From positions 4,544-68,543 of IMG/VR virus record IMGVR_UViG_3300020185_004854: a stretch of DNA of 64,000 nucleotides, one strand, 5' to 3'. The DNA comes from a virus. The number at the start of each line of letters is the position of its first letter. Position 1 is the first letter of the stretch. The notes below the pieces were generated by a model, which was not told the origin of the DNA, did not search any database, and was given only the letters and a program-made list of their open reading frames with translations. Below are positions 46,466-55,311 of the stretch, piece by piece. Made by a program: the position numbers and the translations under genes.

Positions 46466-49005
46466 TACTTGACGTCTCCTAGCTTCATATAAATTTTTTC
46501 TTTTAAAGGTAAAATGTTGTCGGCAAAAATAATATCAGAATATTTAGAGCCAACTACCCCTATAATGTCGTCTTTTTCGGGGGTTTTTTTCCCAGATTCT
46601 AGGTAGTCACTGTATTTATTGCCTCTAGCGTTATCCATAAACATTACTGGGTATTTACCGTATTCATCATTTAAGATAATCTTAATATATTTATTACCAT
46701 TACGACTAACCCCTTTATAAGAATCCGAAACAACTCCAATGAATTTACCTCGGCAAGACGCGTTATCATAAAAATCATTTGAATTATATATTGTTTCAGA
46801 ATCGTTAAAGACGGATTTTAAGTCAATGCTATAACTATAACCCAAGAGTTTGGTTTCAAAGAACCAATTGGCGAATTTTTCATACTGTTTGTTTTGTAGG
46901 TAAATTGATTTGTAGTTTTCATATTTTGATTTAAAGGTGTTAAACCTAGATTCTTTCATAAGAGGTTTTCCATCTTGAGCTATCAAGCCTTCTTTGGCAG
47001 CAGCTATAATATCTAGCAACATATAGTTATATTTAGGGCCTAAGCCAATCATTAGCTTTTTTTCTCTATCAGTTAATAAATTAAAAGACTGAGCTTCTAA
47101 AACTAGTAGAGATCTACTACAAGAATAACTAGGCAGGCAACCAGCTTGAATTAAAGAAGATAATACGCCAATGTTTAACCCTGATTGTTTAGCTTGTATG
47201 AATGTTTTGAATTTATTAGGCTTATCAGTAGATCTAAAATCGCTTAAAGATTTTAAAGATTTTTCACTAACCCCCTTGATACTATTTAAACCATAACGAA
47301 GATCACTCCCTTCTTTGGCAAAATCCATCGAAGACCTTTCCAAGTCTGGAGGCAAAAGCTTAACTTTAAAAAAGGGCAGCTCTTTACTAATTTGGCTAAT
47401 TTCTTCCTGAGGAGAAGGTTCAAACTTAGTCATCCTTAACAAGCTTAGAAAGAACTCCTGAGTATAATTAAACTTTAAGAAAGTTGTCCACGCAGCTAAT
47501 GTAGAATACGCTATAGAGTGACTTTTATTGAAAGAGTAATTAGCGCTATCTTCAGCAACCTTCCATAATATTTGACCGACTTCTTCTGGAAGTTTTTGTT
47601 CAGAAATCTTGTTTTCAATTTTTTCTTTCCACAAGGACATTTGATCTACTTTTTTCTTACCAACGATTCTTCTCAACTGTTCAGCTTCGTCGAGTGAGAA
47701 CCCAATTCTTACAGCCATTTTCATTAATTGTTCTTGATACAAAGGTATACCTCCAGTATAACTCAATTCCTCTACGAAGAAATCATGAACAACGTTAAAA
47801 TTATTTGTTTTTACGTACTCAGAATAAAGTTCTGTAAATTCTAGAGCTCCTGGCCTGGCAATAGCTATAACAGCGCTTAACTGCTCTAAGTTCTTAGGCT
47901 TAACTGATTGACATACCCTAAAGTTTGTATCAGCTTCTATTTGAAATAATCCATGAGGTGATCTCAAGTTATCTTGAAGCGGCAAATAAACAGAGGGATC
48001 ATCTAAGTTTATAGATTTTACATCTAGATTAATATTTTTACAGACATCATAAATAACACTCAAAGTTCTCAAGCCCAGAATATCAAACTTAACCATTAAC
48101 TCTGAGACCCAATTCATGTCATAAGCAGTGACGATAGAACCGTCATTAGTTGACTGAAGAGGGCAAATTTCAGAAATTTTATAAAAAGATATAGCAATTC
48201 CAGACGGATGCACACCAGTATTTTTATACAAACCTTCAATTTTTCTTGCAATTTTATAACAAGCAGGATTCTCTTTCGACCAAGAAAGAAAATCTTCACT
48301 TTCTTTTGCAGAGCTCTCCAACGAGGATACTTTGCCGAATTTCTTGGGGATTAAATCGCTTACAACGTTAACTTCTTTCTCTGAAAGGTCGGAGACAATT
48401 TTACCACATTCTTTAATGCAAAGCTTACTACTTAAACTGTTTAAGGTTAAGATTTTAGAGGTCCTAGACGGGTTTTTTTTATCGATATAATTAATTACTT
48501 TTTGCCTATGCTCGTAAGCTATATCGTTATCCACATCAGCTAATAAACTTCCATCAAGATACGTTACTCCTTCTTGCTCGATTTTTTTAGCTCGACTTTC
48601 AGACACAAACCTTTCAAAGAATAGTTCGTATTTTACTGGGTCAACACTAGTCACTCCAATTAAAAATAATACTAAAGACCCAGCGGCAGATCCCCTACCT
48701 GGACCGACAGGTATATTATTTTCATGACAAAAATTAATAATATCCCAATTTAATAAAATATAATCAACGAAACCTAATTTATTGAGAGTTTTCAGTTCAG
48801 AGCGTAACCTTTCAGAGTAATTAATGCCAAAATTATTCTTATTTAAACTTTTTTCACATAACGATTTAAGGAAAGTGAAGTTGTCGACATCTTCATCTAA
48901 AGATAGAGATTTGTAATATTTTTTTTCTATTTTTATTTGAGGTAAGCGCACTCCTGGAGGGACGCAATTTTTATACTCAGTAAAATTACTTGTAAAGTTA
49001 TTCAT
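46465..49005 (-). CDS. dnaE: DNA polymerase III alpha catalytic part (most of the PHP domain absent)
   Basis: GPGRGSAAGSL, FERF, ADVDND, HPSG, KFDILGL, YQEQ, YSFNKSH; start revised to ATG 49005. Confidence 0.93.
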   Translation of the reverse strand: MNNFTSNFTEYKNCVPPGVRLPQIKIEKKYYKSLSLDEDVDNFTFLKSLCEKSLNKNNFGINYSERLRSELKTLNKLGFVDYILLNWDIINFCHENNIPVGPGRGSAAGSLVLFLIGVTSVDPVKYELFFERFVSESRAKKIEQEGVTYLDGSLLADVDNDIAYEHRQKVINYIDKKNPSRTSKILTLNSLSSKLCIKECGKIVSDLSEKEVNVVSDLIPKKFGKVSSLESSAKESEDFLSWSKENPACYKIARKIEGLYKNTGVHPSGIAISFYKISEICPLQSTNDGSIVTAYDMNWVSELMVKFDILGLRTLSVIYDVCKNINLDVKSINLDDPSVYLPLQDNLRSPHGLFQIEADTNFRVCQSVKPKNLEQLSAVIAIARPGALEFTELYSEYVKTNNFNVVHDFFVEELSYTGGIPLYQEQLMKMAVRIGFSLDEAEQLRRIVGKKKVDQMSLWKEKIENKISEQKLPEEVGQILWKVAEDSANYSFNKSHSIAYSTLAAWTTFLKFNYTQEFFLSLLRMTKFEPSPQEEISQISKELPFFKVKLLPPDLERSSMDFAKEGSDLRYGLNSIKGVSEKSLKSLSDFRSTDKPNKFKTFIQAKQSGLNIGVLSSLIQAGCLPSYSCSRSLLVLEAQSFNLLTDREKKLMIGLGPKYNYMLLDIIAAAKEGLIAQDGKPLMKESRFNTFKSKYENYKSIYLQNKQYEKFANWFFETKLLGYSYSIDLKSVFNDSETIYNSNDFYDNASCRGKFIGVVSDSYKGVSRNGNKYIKIILNDEYGKYPVMFMDNARGNKYSDYLESGKKTPEKDDIIGVVGSKYSDIIFADNILPLKEKIYMKLGDVK

Positions 49006-49643
49006 TATATGTTGGAGTCCCAAATCATTGATTGGAAAACTTTAAAATTTTGTTCGATATCATAAAGGGCGTCGTGGAGCTTGTTTTCATCAAAATCAAT
49101 TTTGTATTTTTGACACAAAGATTTTAAATTAGTTTTAATTCCTTTTTGTCTAATTTTTTGAAGCTTGAACTGCCAAAGAGTGAGGTCGGTGGAGTCATAT
49201 TCTATATTCATAGCGTTAGCTTTCGCTAAACAATTAGTGTCAATTAAACGGTTTAAGTATGAATAATCAGATTGCTTGCCACATAATAATCTGTGAGTGT
49301 TGTGAATAAAAATGTCAAAACCTATAATGTTATGTCCCACTATGTAATAATTATCATTATAAAAATAACTCTCAAAAAGGTTTAAAACCTCCAATGGATC
49401 TACGGCTCGTTTTTTATAGACAGACTCTTTGAATCCCGTAACTTTTTTTGCTCCATCTGATATTTTTAGATCATCCCAGCGTAAATAAAAATCATATTTT
49501 TTTTCAATACCCTTGCTTGAGCAGATTAAGAAAGCTAATTGCCAAGGCTTATTATCAGGCGAGGCTAAGTTTAAGCTGCAAGTTTCATAATCAAACACTA
49601 AGAACTTTTTATCTTTGTTAAATCTGATTAAATTTGAATTCAT
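49005..49643 (-). CDS. dnaQ: DEDDh 3'-5' exonuclease (Pol III epsilon-like)
   Basis: FDYET, GHNIIGFD, IDT, HDALYD. Confidence 0.88.
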   Translation of the reverse strand: MNSNLIRFNKDKKFLVFDYETCSLNLASPDNKPWQLAFLICSSKGIEKKYDFYLRWDDLKISDGAKKVTGFKESVYKKRAVDPLEVLNLFESYFYNDNYYIVGHNIIGFDIFIHNTHRLLCGKQSDYSYLNRLIDTNCLAKANAMNIEYDSTDLTLWQFKLQKIRQKGIKTNLKSLCQKYKIDFDENKLHDALYDIEQNFKVFQSMIWDSNI

Positions 49644-50389
49644 ACCGCAACCTCCTTCCAGCTTTCAAAGCAAAATTCTCGACTACCAAAACCTTCCAAG
49701 TTTGGCCGAGATAAAGAAGTGTTTCGAGAGAAACCTCTGTTACATATACACTTATAAGTTTGCAACGCATCTGAATCAGCGCGGTTTTTATAAAAAATAC
49801 TCTTAGCCGATTCTTTTTTGTAACCGTGCTCCTCGCAGAAATTATTAACTATGTTAGTGAGCATAAAATCAACAGGTAAGTTATTGTTTTCAAGAAAAAA
49901 GAGCGGATCGGTAAACGAAAAATCTGGGATGCAATTAGAAAAAGAAAAACTATTTTGATACAAAAAAGAATCGTAAAAAGGTATCGCGAGCATTAAATTT
50001 TTTTCATTCCAAAGTTTTTTTAAACATTCAAAATTACCTAATCCATCTAAGTCGCAATAAATTGAACTATAGATTAAATTTAAATCTTTACACCCATCAT
50101 CGTTCTTGGCAAAAATAATAATCTTATGAAGCGACTTAGGATCATCTTTGGACTCACAGCTAATTTTAAATCTTAACCCAAAAATTAAATGAATATTTTG
50201 ATCTAAACAATTTTTCCTAGCTTCCAAAAAACCTGTCGGGGCATCTTCAACTAAAACGAGTTTGTCGAGGCTATTATCTATTAAAATATCAAAAATAGAA
50301 TCAGCGCTAGCATCAGAAGAGGCGTTCGGCGGATTTAGAGTTAAGATACTTTTTCCTATGCTATAATGAGACTTGAATAAAGGTAACAT
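49640..50389 (-). CDS. stand-alone PHP domain of DNA polymerase III alpha
   Basis: KSHYSIGKS, IFG.R, IIIFAKN..G.KDL resemble the DnaE N-terminus; sigma70 promoter at 50429-50401. Confidence 0.8.
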   Translation of the reverse strand: MLPLFKSHYSIGKSILTLNPPNASSDASADSIFDILIDNSLDKLVLVEDAPTGFLEARKNCLDQNIHLIFGLRFKISCESKDDPKSLHKIIIFAKNDDGCKDLNLIYSSIYCDLDGLGNFECLKKLWNEKNLMLAIPFYDSFLYQNSFSFSNCIPDFSFTDPLFFLENNNLPVDFMLTNIVNNFCEEHGYKKESAKSIFYKNRADSDALQTYKCICNRGFSRNTSLSRPNLEGFGSREFCFESWKEVAV

Positions 50390-50432
50390 AAATTACAAAC
50401 ATTCTACTAGAAAAGAAAGTAAAAGTCAAGCG

Positions 50433-50741
50433 TTATTTTAATGATTTTAGGATGGATATTATCTGTTCGAAATTAGAATAAGAAATTTTATCTACATTTA
50501 TATTGGCTTTTTTAGGAGCAATTAGAAAACCGTTTTCAATTTCACCATCTTTTATTAAATAAGAAATAAAGTCATGGGCTCCATATTCTTTAAGCCATCT
50601 CCAGTACAAAGATCTTGTTCCTGGTCTGCATCTTAATAATATATCCTCAAAGACATAGGTCTTTGCATATAAAGTAACATCTCTAAATGGATAGATTTCG
50701 CTGGGAGGTTCACAAAGATTAGAGTCGATGATTAATTGCAT
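50433..50741 (-). CDS. hypothetical protein
   Basis: ATG 50741, 11 nt from a GTGTA motif. Confidence 0.6.
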   Translation of the reverse strand: MQLIIDSNLCEPPSEIYPFRDVTLYAKTYVFEDILLRCRPGTRSLYWRWLKEYGAHDFISYLIKDGEIENGFLIAPKKANINVDKISYSNFEQIISILKSLK

Positions 50742-50919
50742 CGATATATAATACACACGATGAATTAAATATTTATTTAATATTTAATGGAGACTAAGCT
50801 CGCGCAAGAAAATATAACACCGAAGGTATGTTTTTTGGTCACCCCAAATAGGTTTGTGTAGGGATTATTTTGCGAGATGTATTAGTATTGTATTTATCAT
50901 TTATATAATACACTAAAAA

Positions 50920-51984
50920 TCACAAATCAAGGTCATCTTTTTGGGCGTTAAATTTAGGACACCCTTCGTAATTTATTTTTTCTATGTATTGACCAAGAGA
51001 TTTGTCAGCTAAGAGCAGATGTTCCTCACCTTCTTTCGCGGACTTGATTGTGTTACCATCAACATCTTTTAAGGCAAAATAATCGAAAGCGAATTTGTAA
51101 TTGCAATGCCACATCGGAGTTCCGTCTTTCTTAAGTTGCCCAGGGGTTTTTGCAAATCCACATGAAAGAGGGCCAGAAAAACTTTTATCATCTGGAAATG
51201 GTTGGTCTGCAGCGAAATTTGAACAAGCAGTATCGTAGTTAAAATTATTTAAATAAGATTGTATTTCTGTTAAGTGATATTCAAAACCATCAAGTTCGCT
51301 TAAAGACATTGGACTCATTTTTAAAACACCTTCACCATCCAAGCCTAATAAGTCAGAATCTAAGTCGAATTTCAGAAACAGAAACTCTGTTTGTAATTCC
51401 TCGCAATTGGGGTATAGTTTTTTAACAGCTAAGCAATAGATTAGATTTTGTAGATTATTAGTTATTTCTTTTCCTACGTAAACTTTTTTACTAGTTTTAA
51501 AATCTCTAATAACCGCTTTCTTGCCCTTGTCATAAAGAAAAAGCTTATCAATAAAACCATATATATAATATTTTTTATCACCTTCTTCAAATTCAATGTC
51601 AAAAGTTTTTTCAGATACAGCTTCAAAAGGTTTACCTCGAGATTCGCCATAAAAGTCATAATTTAAACCGTTGACGATAAAGGAATCTATCATATCTAAG
51701 TCCTCGCTAGAATCAACGGGGGGGTCTTGAGCGCGAGCTTGTGTTTCAACAAGTTTAGAAACAGCTTTAGATCCTGAGATTGAATTTTTTTTAATTATAC
51801 TATCAAAATGTTTTTTGTGCCTTTTTTTACCTAGATACTCAAAGATATTATGACAAACACTACCCCGAGAAGCTCCCGTATTAGAGGAGTCTGGAAGTTT
51901 ATTTATGTATTTGCACCAGTAAACCCAAGAGCATTTTTCGACAGTGGATATTCTACTAGCGGACAGTCTAACGTTATCACTCAT
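50920..51984 (-). CDS. RecB/Cas4-like PD-(D/E)XK exonuclease
   Basis: LSASRI..C, GS..H, E, GFIDKL, RDFKTSK, Q..IY, C-terminal cysteines. Confidence 0.85.
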   Translation of the reverse strand: MSDNVRLSASRISTVEKCSWVYWCKYINKLPDSSNTGASRGSVCHNIFEYLGKKRHKKHFDSIIKKNSISGSKAVSKLVETQARAQDPPVDSSEDLDMIDSFIVNGLNYDFYGESRGKPFEAVSEKTFDIEFEEGDKKYYIYGFIDKLFLYDKGKKAVIRDFKTSKKVYVGKEITNNLQNLIYCLAVKKLYPNCEELQTEFLFLKFDLDSDLLGLDGEGVLKMSPMSLSELDGFEYHLTEIQSYLNNFNYDTACSNFAADQPFPDDKSFSGPLSCGFAKTPGQLKKDGTPMWHCNYKFAFDYFALKDVDGNTIKSAKEGEEHLLLADKSLGQYIEKINYEGCPKFNAQKDDLDL

Positions 51985-53041
51985 AATTTGGTAAATATTT
52001 AATGTTATTGAATAGGTTTTTAGAAATCTTATTTTCTGAGAATAAAATTTTTGAAGAAGTATAAATTTGATTGCATATTTTACTATTAGAATTGTAGTTT
52101 ATATTTTTTTTGACACTCCAGTTTTCAAAATCAGAATCAGTCATGTCTCCAAAATCATTTTTAGTAGGCAAACATATGTTTAATTTATCAGAACCAAAAA
52201 AATTTAAAAGTTTTAAAAAAGATTTAATAGCAGACTCCCTACCCACATTTCGAGACTTTTTATTGTCATTATTTAAGGAAATGCAAATGTTATCGGGGGA
52301 TAGCCCCATTATTATAGAGCATAAGTGTGGAGATATAGAAGTTCCAAAAGTAACCAAGCAATTATCATAGCCGTGTTCGTACAACGCAAGCATATCACCA
52401 ACGCTTTCAACTAAAATAAGTTCTTTAGATCTTTGGATGGAGTCTAATATAGGAAAAGAATTGGATTGAGCATCAAATGCATAAAGCGGATAAGCCCACG
52501 AGCTTTTCTTGCCCATATGCTTCCATTTAGGACGATTACTAGAGTTTAACATGTCTCTACCAGCAACTCCATGAATTTTTTGAAATTTATTAAAAACTGG
52601 AAAAACATATCTCTGATACATTGACCCAGCGGTACACATTCCTGAGTGAAAAAATTTTAAAGTTTCATTGCTAATCTTTTTTTTGTTATAAAATTGATAA
52701 TGAGGTAAGAGATTTTTGAATTCCTGGGAGTTAAAGACTGTTTCTGATTGTAAATTAACAGGCTGCTGTTCTGACTGAGGGGAAACATTGAGGAAACCTG
52801 GATCTGATAAGATTGATTTAGCGGAATCTTTGCCAACTGTTTTCTCCACCAAAACAGAAAAAGGCATGTAAGAATCTCCTGCAACATAATCCTTCCACAC
52901 CCCACTGCTTTTGAAGATTTGAACAGCTTGAGGGTTGTCCCCAGATCGATAGACGGCAGTAGATTGCCAGTAATCACCCCTATCGATTAAGGGATACTCT
53001 AAATTGCGCAAAACACTTTCTATTTTCTCAGAACTATCCAT
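51977..53041 (-). CDS. dnaG: DnaG-like primase
   Basis: RYVFPV..GVAGR..PKW; Toprim LVESVGD, FG; KNDFGD. Confidence 0.8.
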   Translation of the reverse strand: MDSSEKIESVLRNLEYPLIDRGDYWQSTAVYRSGDNPQAVQIFKSSGVWKDYVAGDSYMPFSVLVEKTVGKDSAKSILSDPGFLNVSPQSEQQPVNLQSETVFNSQEFKNLLPHYQFYNKKKISNETLKFFHSGMCTAGSMYQRYVFPVFNKFQKIHGVAGRDMLNSSNRPKWKHMGKKSSWAYPLYAFDAQSNSFPILDSIQRSKELILVESVGDMLALYEHGYDNCLVTFGTSISPHLCSIIMGLSPDNICISLNNDNKKSRNVGRESAIKSFLKLLNFFGSDKLNICLPTKNDFGDMTDSDFENWSVKKNINYNSNSKICNQIYTSSKILFSENKISKNLFNNIKYLPNYE

Positions 53042-54580
53042 TTAAATTGGTAGTTCGCCATCTAACGAATTTGGAGATCGATCTAATTCATTTATGTTTT
53101 GACCATGAGCTAAAACGTCAACAAGATCTCCACAGTCTTTAATTTTAAAGTTATTGAAATCAAAATTAATATAATTTCTTTTCATGGATCCATCAGGCAT
53201 TTCAACTAAGTTTTGTAACCTAGCCGTGTCAGAGCCATGATTTCTTGCTTTTTCAATTTTCATAAGGTGTCTACCACAAAAAATAGGATCTGATTGTAAT
53301 TCATCTATAGTTTTATTTCTTAAAATGAGCATGTGTGAGCAGAATTGCTTAATTCTGTGACTAAGAGAGATTACACTCTCGTCATCTACAACAGCATCGG
53401 AGTTTCTATTGCCTACAGTACCCACCCTATTAGCTTGAACACTAGTCATTAATGAGACCATAGGACGACCTTCAAACACTAAATCTCTTTGGATTAATTT
53501 TTTAAACTTATCTACCATTTCACCTACAATTTGATACTCTGTTTTAAATTTACCACCAGATTCAAAGCTTGATTTAATGTAGTCAAAGTTAATAACTAAC
53601 TGGTTACCCCTACCGACTTGCGAGTAGTAATACCTTTTAATATAACTTATAATTTCATCAGTGCATTTACCTCCTACATTATAATAATCATATATGATCT
53701 CTCCATTATTCATTTTCTCTAAAGCGGATTCAACGCGCGTTTTATAATTAGAATCGTCAGCCCAATTCCCACTCTCAATTAAATAAAGAGGAACCTGAGA
53801 GTAGGAAGCTAACATCCTGAAAGCGATTTCCTCTTCACTCATTTCTCCATTATCTAAATGTAAGACTGGTATTTTATGCTTTCCAGCTACACACATACAA
53901 TAATGAGTTGTGAATTGAGTTTTTCCCACCCCTGAGCCCGCGCAGACAATAGTTATATGCCCACCCTTGTTTAGGGATCCACAAAGCATGTTTAAGCTTC
54001 GATGTGGACCTTCTGGACCAGTATCCAGAAAAATTGATCTATCATTCGCTCTTTCATAAACTAAGTTTGGTAAAATTGAAAATAAATTTACAGCTTTCCC
54101 TGAGGAGTTTTCATATAATTCAATTTTTTCATTAAAAATTGAGTCGCACTTTTCAATAATTTCATCATAGGAAGATGTTGAGTCAAGTGTCGACATAGAC
54201 TTGGATATTTTCTCGCCAGTTAATTTTAATTCACGACGAACGCTTAATAATTTTATGACTTCAGCTGAATTTTTAAAAACATCTTCTGAGATGTTTGAAG
54301 ATAATAAATCAATAGACTCTAAATAATCTGGAGTTTTAATATTATCTTGGAAGGATATGTTTAAAGAGGATAAATGATGAGAGAGTAAGGATATGTCAAC
54401 GATTTTTTGCTCGTCTAGAAGAGCTTTAATTTTTAAAAAAATTGTTTTATGGACGACAGAATCTTTATTGTAAAAATCATCACCGCTTACAAAATGAGAA
54501 ATCTCCGAAACGAATAAATCACTGTAAGACAACATGCCAGCAAGGAAAATCCTTTCTTGTTCAAAATCAAATAGTTTCAT
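53042..54580 (-). CDS. dnaB: replicative helicase
   Basis: AGSGVGKT, NGEM, FDYIK, QANR, KARN; sigma70 promoter at 54618-54590. Confidence 0.88.
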   Translation of the reverse strand: MKLFDFEQERIFLAGMLSYSDLFVSEISHFVSGDDFYNKDSVVHKTIFLKIKALLDEQKIVDISLLSHHLSSLNISFQDNIKTPDYLESIDLLSSNISEDVFKNSAEVIKLLSVRRELKLTGEKISKSMSTLDSTSSYDEIIEKCDSIFNEKIELYENSSGKAVNLFSILPNLVYERANDRSIFLDTGPEGPHRSLNMLCGSLNKGGHITIVCAGSGVGKTQFTTHYCMCVAGKHKIPVLHLDNGEMSEEEIAFRMLASYSQVPLYLIESGNWADDSNYKTRVESALEKMNNGEIIYDYYNVGGKCTDEIISYIKRYYYSQVGRGNQLVINFDYIKSSFESGGKFKTEYQIVGEMVDKFKKLIQRDLVFEGRPMVSLMTSVQANRVGTVGNRNSDAVVDDESVISLSHRIKQFCSHMLILRNKTIDELQSDPIFCGRHLMKIEKARNHGSDTARLQNLVEMPDGSMKRNYINFDFNNFKIKDCGDLVDVLAHGQNINELDRSPNSLDGELPI

Positions 54581-54623
54581 GCAAGAAGAATCATAGCATA
54601 CTGAGAGTTATTTGTCAATAACT

Positions 54624-54878
54624 TTATTTACCTAAAAAATCTAAGGAATTTCCCTCGCTAATTTCTATTAAATAATTCTCGAGAGCTTTTTGAATCCCTA
54701 GTTCAACAATTTCATTGGCAGATTTTGAGTAGACAAAGGGCCTGCCGTCTTGACCTACGCAAGCCAATAAAAACCCCCTGTTAGAATCAAAGTTACCCGT
54801 TAAGTCGTAAAGCTCCCTAAGGAAACTCTCTGGAATAAAAAAATCTTGAAACTCTTCATTGTCGTTGTTTTTTGACAT
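54624..54878 (-). CDS. hypothetical protein
   Basis: 84 aa ORF with GTGTA motif upstream. Confidence 0.65.
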   Translation of the reverse strand: MSKNNDNEEFQDFFIPESFLRELYDLTGNFDSNRGFLLACVGQDGRPFVYSKSANEIVELGIQKALENYLIEISEGNSLDFLGK

Positions 54879-54891
54879 AATAGTATTTACA

Positions 54892-55302
54892 CTAAAGTTG
54901 AACGTTTAATTTATTAAATAATTCTATGGAGATTTCATCTTTAGGGAAAATCTCTAGCAGAGTTAAATTATTAATCTCGCAAAATTCTAACTTTTGATTA
55001 TCTCGATTCAATTGATTTAAGTAGTTGTTTTTATACCCTCCATGAAAAAAAGGCACATAACTAGTATGCTGAGCTCCTTGAACTTCAATTGCAATTTTTT
55101 TGTTTGCATTAAAAAAATCTAATGAAAGCTTAGTTCCAGGGATCGGGAACTCTTCAAAGACAACATGTCTTTCCCAGTAAGGCTCGAGAAAATTTTTAAC
55201 TCTTAACTGAAATTTACTTCTACTAGGAGCGTCCCAATTGATTAAATGTTTTTTAATATTAGAAACTCGCCTAGTTGAACCAGACAAAGTTTTAAATTTC
55301 AT
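54892..55302 (-). CDS. DUF559/Vsr-like endonuclease
   Basis: LSLDFF..IAIEVQGAQH..RD..K..FC. Confidence 0.8.
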   Translation of the reverse strand: MKFKTLSGSTRRVSNIKKHLINWDAPSRSKFQLRVKNFLEPYWERHVVFEEFPIPGTKLSLDFFNANKKIAIEVQGAQHTSYVPFFHGGYKNNYLNQLNRDNQKLEFCEINNLTLLEIFPKDEISIELFNKLNVQL

Positions 55303-55311
55303 TTGACAGTA

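Noticed and set aside
46465-50389. Split intein or intron in dnaE
   Set aside because: No intein terminal motifs and no non-coding gap; the intervening gene is a normal exonuclease.
50920-51984. Cas4-like nuclease as part of a CRISPR system
   Set aside because: No array or other cas genes; it sits in the replication operon like ordinary phage exonucleases.
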